From Candidatus Poribacteria bacterium (GTDB lineage: Bacteria; Poribacteria; WGA-4E; WGA-3G), in contig CBDBFU010000009.1 of NCBI GenBank assembly GCA_965205025.1, positions 170,218 to 234,217 of the forward strand: DNA of 64,000 nucleotides. Reading direction: 5' to 3'. Positions 61,631 to 64,000 of this stretch are shown piece after piece. The notes under the pieces are model-generated. The model did no database searches, was not told the origin of the DNA, and saw nothing but the letters and a program-made list of their open reading frames with translations. How positions within the stretch are numbered: position 1 is the stretch's first letter; each line of letters begins with the position of its first letter. The position numbers and the translations under genes are program-made.

Positions 61631-61738
61631 ACACATTTCGCCCCGCTGGGGCTTGGATCTTTGAAAGGTATAGTGTTTCTACAAACATTTCGCCCCGCGA
61701 ATCAACGGTATGAATGCCATAAGGCATTCACCGGGGCT
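61631..61738. repeat. Tandem REP-like pair; second hairpin interrupted by a ~33-bp insert
   Basis: Intact ACATTTCGCCCCGCTGGGGCT, then ACATTTCGCCCCGC[GAATCAACGGTATGAATGCCATAAGGCATTCAC]CGGGGCT. Confidence 0.8.
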
Positions 61739-61863
61739 ACGCTTTGCTCTATCTGAGTTTCTTTTTCTCAAAGTTGGATTGGCGTGAGAAACGGGGCGAA
61801 AAACCAGAAACCCTTTGAAAAAAGGTGAAGCATCTCTCAGAAATTGTCCAAACTATAGTTTCT

Positions 61864-63054
61864 TTATAACTCATCAACATTTGACCGAATTTTTTGGAAT
61901 GCATCTAAGATTAGTTGCATATCATCGGTATCACCCAAAAACATTGCATGCCCGAAACTACATACCTCATTATGATAAACATGTTCCGCTTGAGGACAGT
62001 GAACAGTGCTATAATCTATTGCACGATCACCAAGATATTCCCGTGGTAATCCTAATTGGTCAAACCAGTCAGCATTGGCAAATGGACCTTCATTATATAT
62101 TGGTTGACCATGTGCCCCAACACCACACGGAACTCCCTCTGCTCCAAGTGCTTCCATGAATCTACCGCGAGAGATACCTCCAAACTCCTCAGGTACGAAT
62201 CGAAAATCCCAATAATAGAAACACCAACGTGTGACACGTTCATCTCGTGGAATAGGATCTATACCTTCAATGTCAGCCATTCCCTTAATGAGAAATGCAA
62301 CATTCTTCTCTCTTGTTTCCACCTGTTCAGGAAACCTCTCAAATTGAGCTAACAACAATGCAGCTTGTAAATTTGTCATCCGCATATTCAGATTTGCGAT
62401 TTCACGTGCCTTATTCGCAAGTTCTTCATCGTTTGTAATGACCATGCCACCTTCACCACATGTAAGTGTCTTACCAATTTGAAAACTAAACGTACCGAAA
62501 TCTCCAATTGAACCCATTCCTTTTCCACGCCATTGTGATCCGTGTGCATGTGCGCAATCCTCAATCACCTTTAAATTATGTTTATCTGCTATATCCATAA
62601 TCGCGTCCATATCAGCAGGATAACCGCCGTTATGTACAGGAATCACTGCCCGGGTTCTTGGTGTAATAGCTGCTTCAATTGCATCAGGTGCAATGTTATA
62701 AGTCAACGGATCTATATCAACGATAACCGGAACTGCATTCACGCACACCGCTGATGTTCCTGTCGCAACAAAAGTGAGTGCTGGAACAATTACTTCATCA
62801 CCAGCTGTGACGCCTGCAGCCTTCAAGGCACATTGTAATGCCACTGTCCCATTTGCCAAAGGTATACCAAATTCTGCATCATGGTAGGCAGCAAACTTTT
62901 CTGCAATTTCGTCAACTTTCTCGCGTCTATTCCATGCACCACTTCGTATAACCTCTAATAATGCATTTTCTTCTTTCTCATCATGAATTGGCCAACTTTT
63001 TCCCAAACCCTTCTTAACAACAGGTTCACCACCATTTATAGCTAATTTTGCCAT
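61864..63054 (-). CDS. DegT/DnrJ/EryC1/StrS PLP aminotransferase
   Basis: MAKLAINGG, NGTVAL, GDEVIVP, EDCAHAHG, FSFQIGKTLTCGEGG; AAGGAG SD. Confidence 0.94.
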   Translation of the reverse strand: MAKLAINGGEPVVKKGLGKSWPIHDEKEENALLEVIRSGAWNRREKVDEIAEKFAAYHDAEFGIPLANGTVALQCALKAAGVTAGDEVIVPALTFVATGTSAVCVNAVPVIVDIDPLTYNIAPDAIEAAITPRTRAVIPVHNGGYPADMDAIMDIADKHNLKVIEDCAHAHGSQWRGKGMGSIGDFGTFSFQIGKTLTCGEGGMVITNDEELANKAREIANLNMRMTNLQAALLLAQFERFPEQVETREKNVAFLIKGMADIEGIDPIPRDERVTRWCFYYWDFRFVPEEFGGISRGRFMEALGAEGVPCGVGAHGQPIYNEGPFANADWFDQLGLPREYLGDRAIDYSTVHCPQAEHVYHNEVCSFGHAMFLGDTDDMQLILDAFQKIRSNVDEL

Positions 63055-63210
63055 ATCAATTTCCTCCTTCAAACTATATTTCACAATTAAAGATTTAAGG
63101 ATGTGTTTACTTGTAAATATGGATTCTGTTTTCTAATTAGAATCAAGAAAAATAGACAGATGTGTTTCATTATTTATAGTAAACTTTAGATTTAATTAGA
63201 CACTTTACTT

Positions 63211-63252
63211 GTAGGAGCGACCTCCTGGTCGCGACCGGGAGGTCGCTCCTAC
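63211..63252. repeat. Fused inverted GTAG REP doublet (42-bp near-perfect palindrome)
   Basis: GTAGGAGCGACCTCCTGGTCG|CGACCGGGAGGTCGCTCCTAC, one mismatch. Confidence 0.8.
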
Positions 63253-63342
63253 AGAAGAGGTGTGGGACGCGAACGTAAGTTGAGCCAATAGAAAATGTAG
63301 TATTCATTTTATTGTTTACTATAATATCCTTTAATGACCTAT

Positions 63343-64000
63343 CTATGGATCCAATTTAATATCCAGATATAAGTTGGGTTGGTCTTTTCGAAGATTTTGG
63401 ATAGGTGAAAAATCCAGTATTGGGTTGTTCTTGATATGTAGTGTTTCCAACTGTTTAATCCCCTCAATAATACTCACATCCCTAATTTGGTTATCCGATA
63501 TCAATAACTGCTTAAGTTTCTTTAATTCAATTATCGGACTGATATCTTCAATATTATTCTTACTAAGACTTAAACGACTCAAATGGTTTAAATTTGAAAG
63601 TGGACTGATATCTACTACTTGATTATCATATATTGTTAGCGAGGTAAGACGTTCCATATTAGATAAAACTGTCCCTAATTGCGTAATATCAGTAATTTGA
63701 TTTCCCTCTAATACTAATGATGAGAGACGGGACAAACTTTCAAGAGGGGTAAAATCACTAATTTTACACTCAATTAGTACTAACTTATTCAGTCGACTTA
63801 ATTCACTGATAGGACTAATATCTATAATTTTATCCCCACTGAGATACAATGTATTAAGATGTTTCAAATGAGACAATGGAGTGAGATCATTAATCTGATT
63901 ATCGCGCAAATCTAAGGAATTAAGATGTGATAATTCTGCGAGTGGTGACAGATCACTAATGGGATTACCTTTAATTGTCAGAGAGGTTAGATCCTGCAAT
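63343..64000 (-). CDS. Internalin-like leucine-rich-repeat protein, C-terminal part (runs off window edge)
   Basis: 22-aa repeats LxxLxLxxNxIxDlsPL. Confidence 0.92.
   Translation of the reverse strand, partial: LQDLTSLTIKGNPISDLSPLAELSHLNSLDLRDNQINDLTPLSHLKHLNTLYLSGDKIIDISPISELSRLNKLVLIECKISDFTPLESLSRLSSLVLEGNQITDITQLGTVLSNMERLTSLTIYDNQVVDISPLSNLNHLSRLSLSKNNIEDISPIIELKKLKQLLISDNQIRDVSIIEGIKQLETLHIKNNPILDFSPIQNLRKDQPNLYLDIKLDP

Overview
AT-rich (roughly 35-40% GC by eye) bacterial chromosome segment, most likely Candidatus Poribacteria (inferred from VEPxGKxxxTWGxxK tails, NYPNPFNPETWIPY FlgD/T9SS-like C-terminal domains, CRTAC1/FG-GAP and internalin-like LRR proteins). Housekeeping genes (purH, rpsT, rsmB, glnE, thrC, argF, lpdA, ahcY, metK, rpsA) are mixed with secreted proteins, a MazEF pair, an orphan HicB, an orphan DNA methyltransferase, a partner-switching cluster with no sigma factor gene, and a DtxR-controlled VIT1 + TroABCD metal operon. 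No rRNA, tRNA or CRISPR array was seen. The most striking unexplained structure is non-coding: many of the larger intergenic gaps hold nested miniature elements (GTAG-type REP hairpins, at least four TIR-bounded MITE families, and a ~33-bp micro-element) that repeatedly sit in or next to one another's hairpins, plus an IS4 whose flanking direct repeat is an entire 20-bp REP hairpin. Five +1 single-base frameshifts in four genes suggest indel errors in the assembly, so pseudogene calls are cautious.
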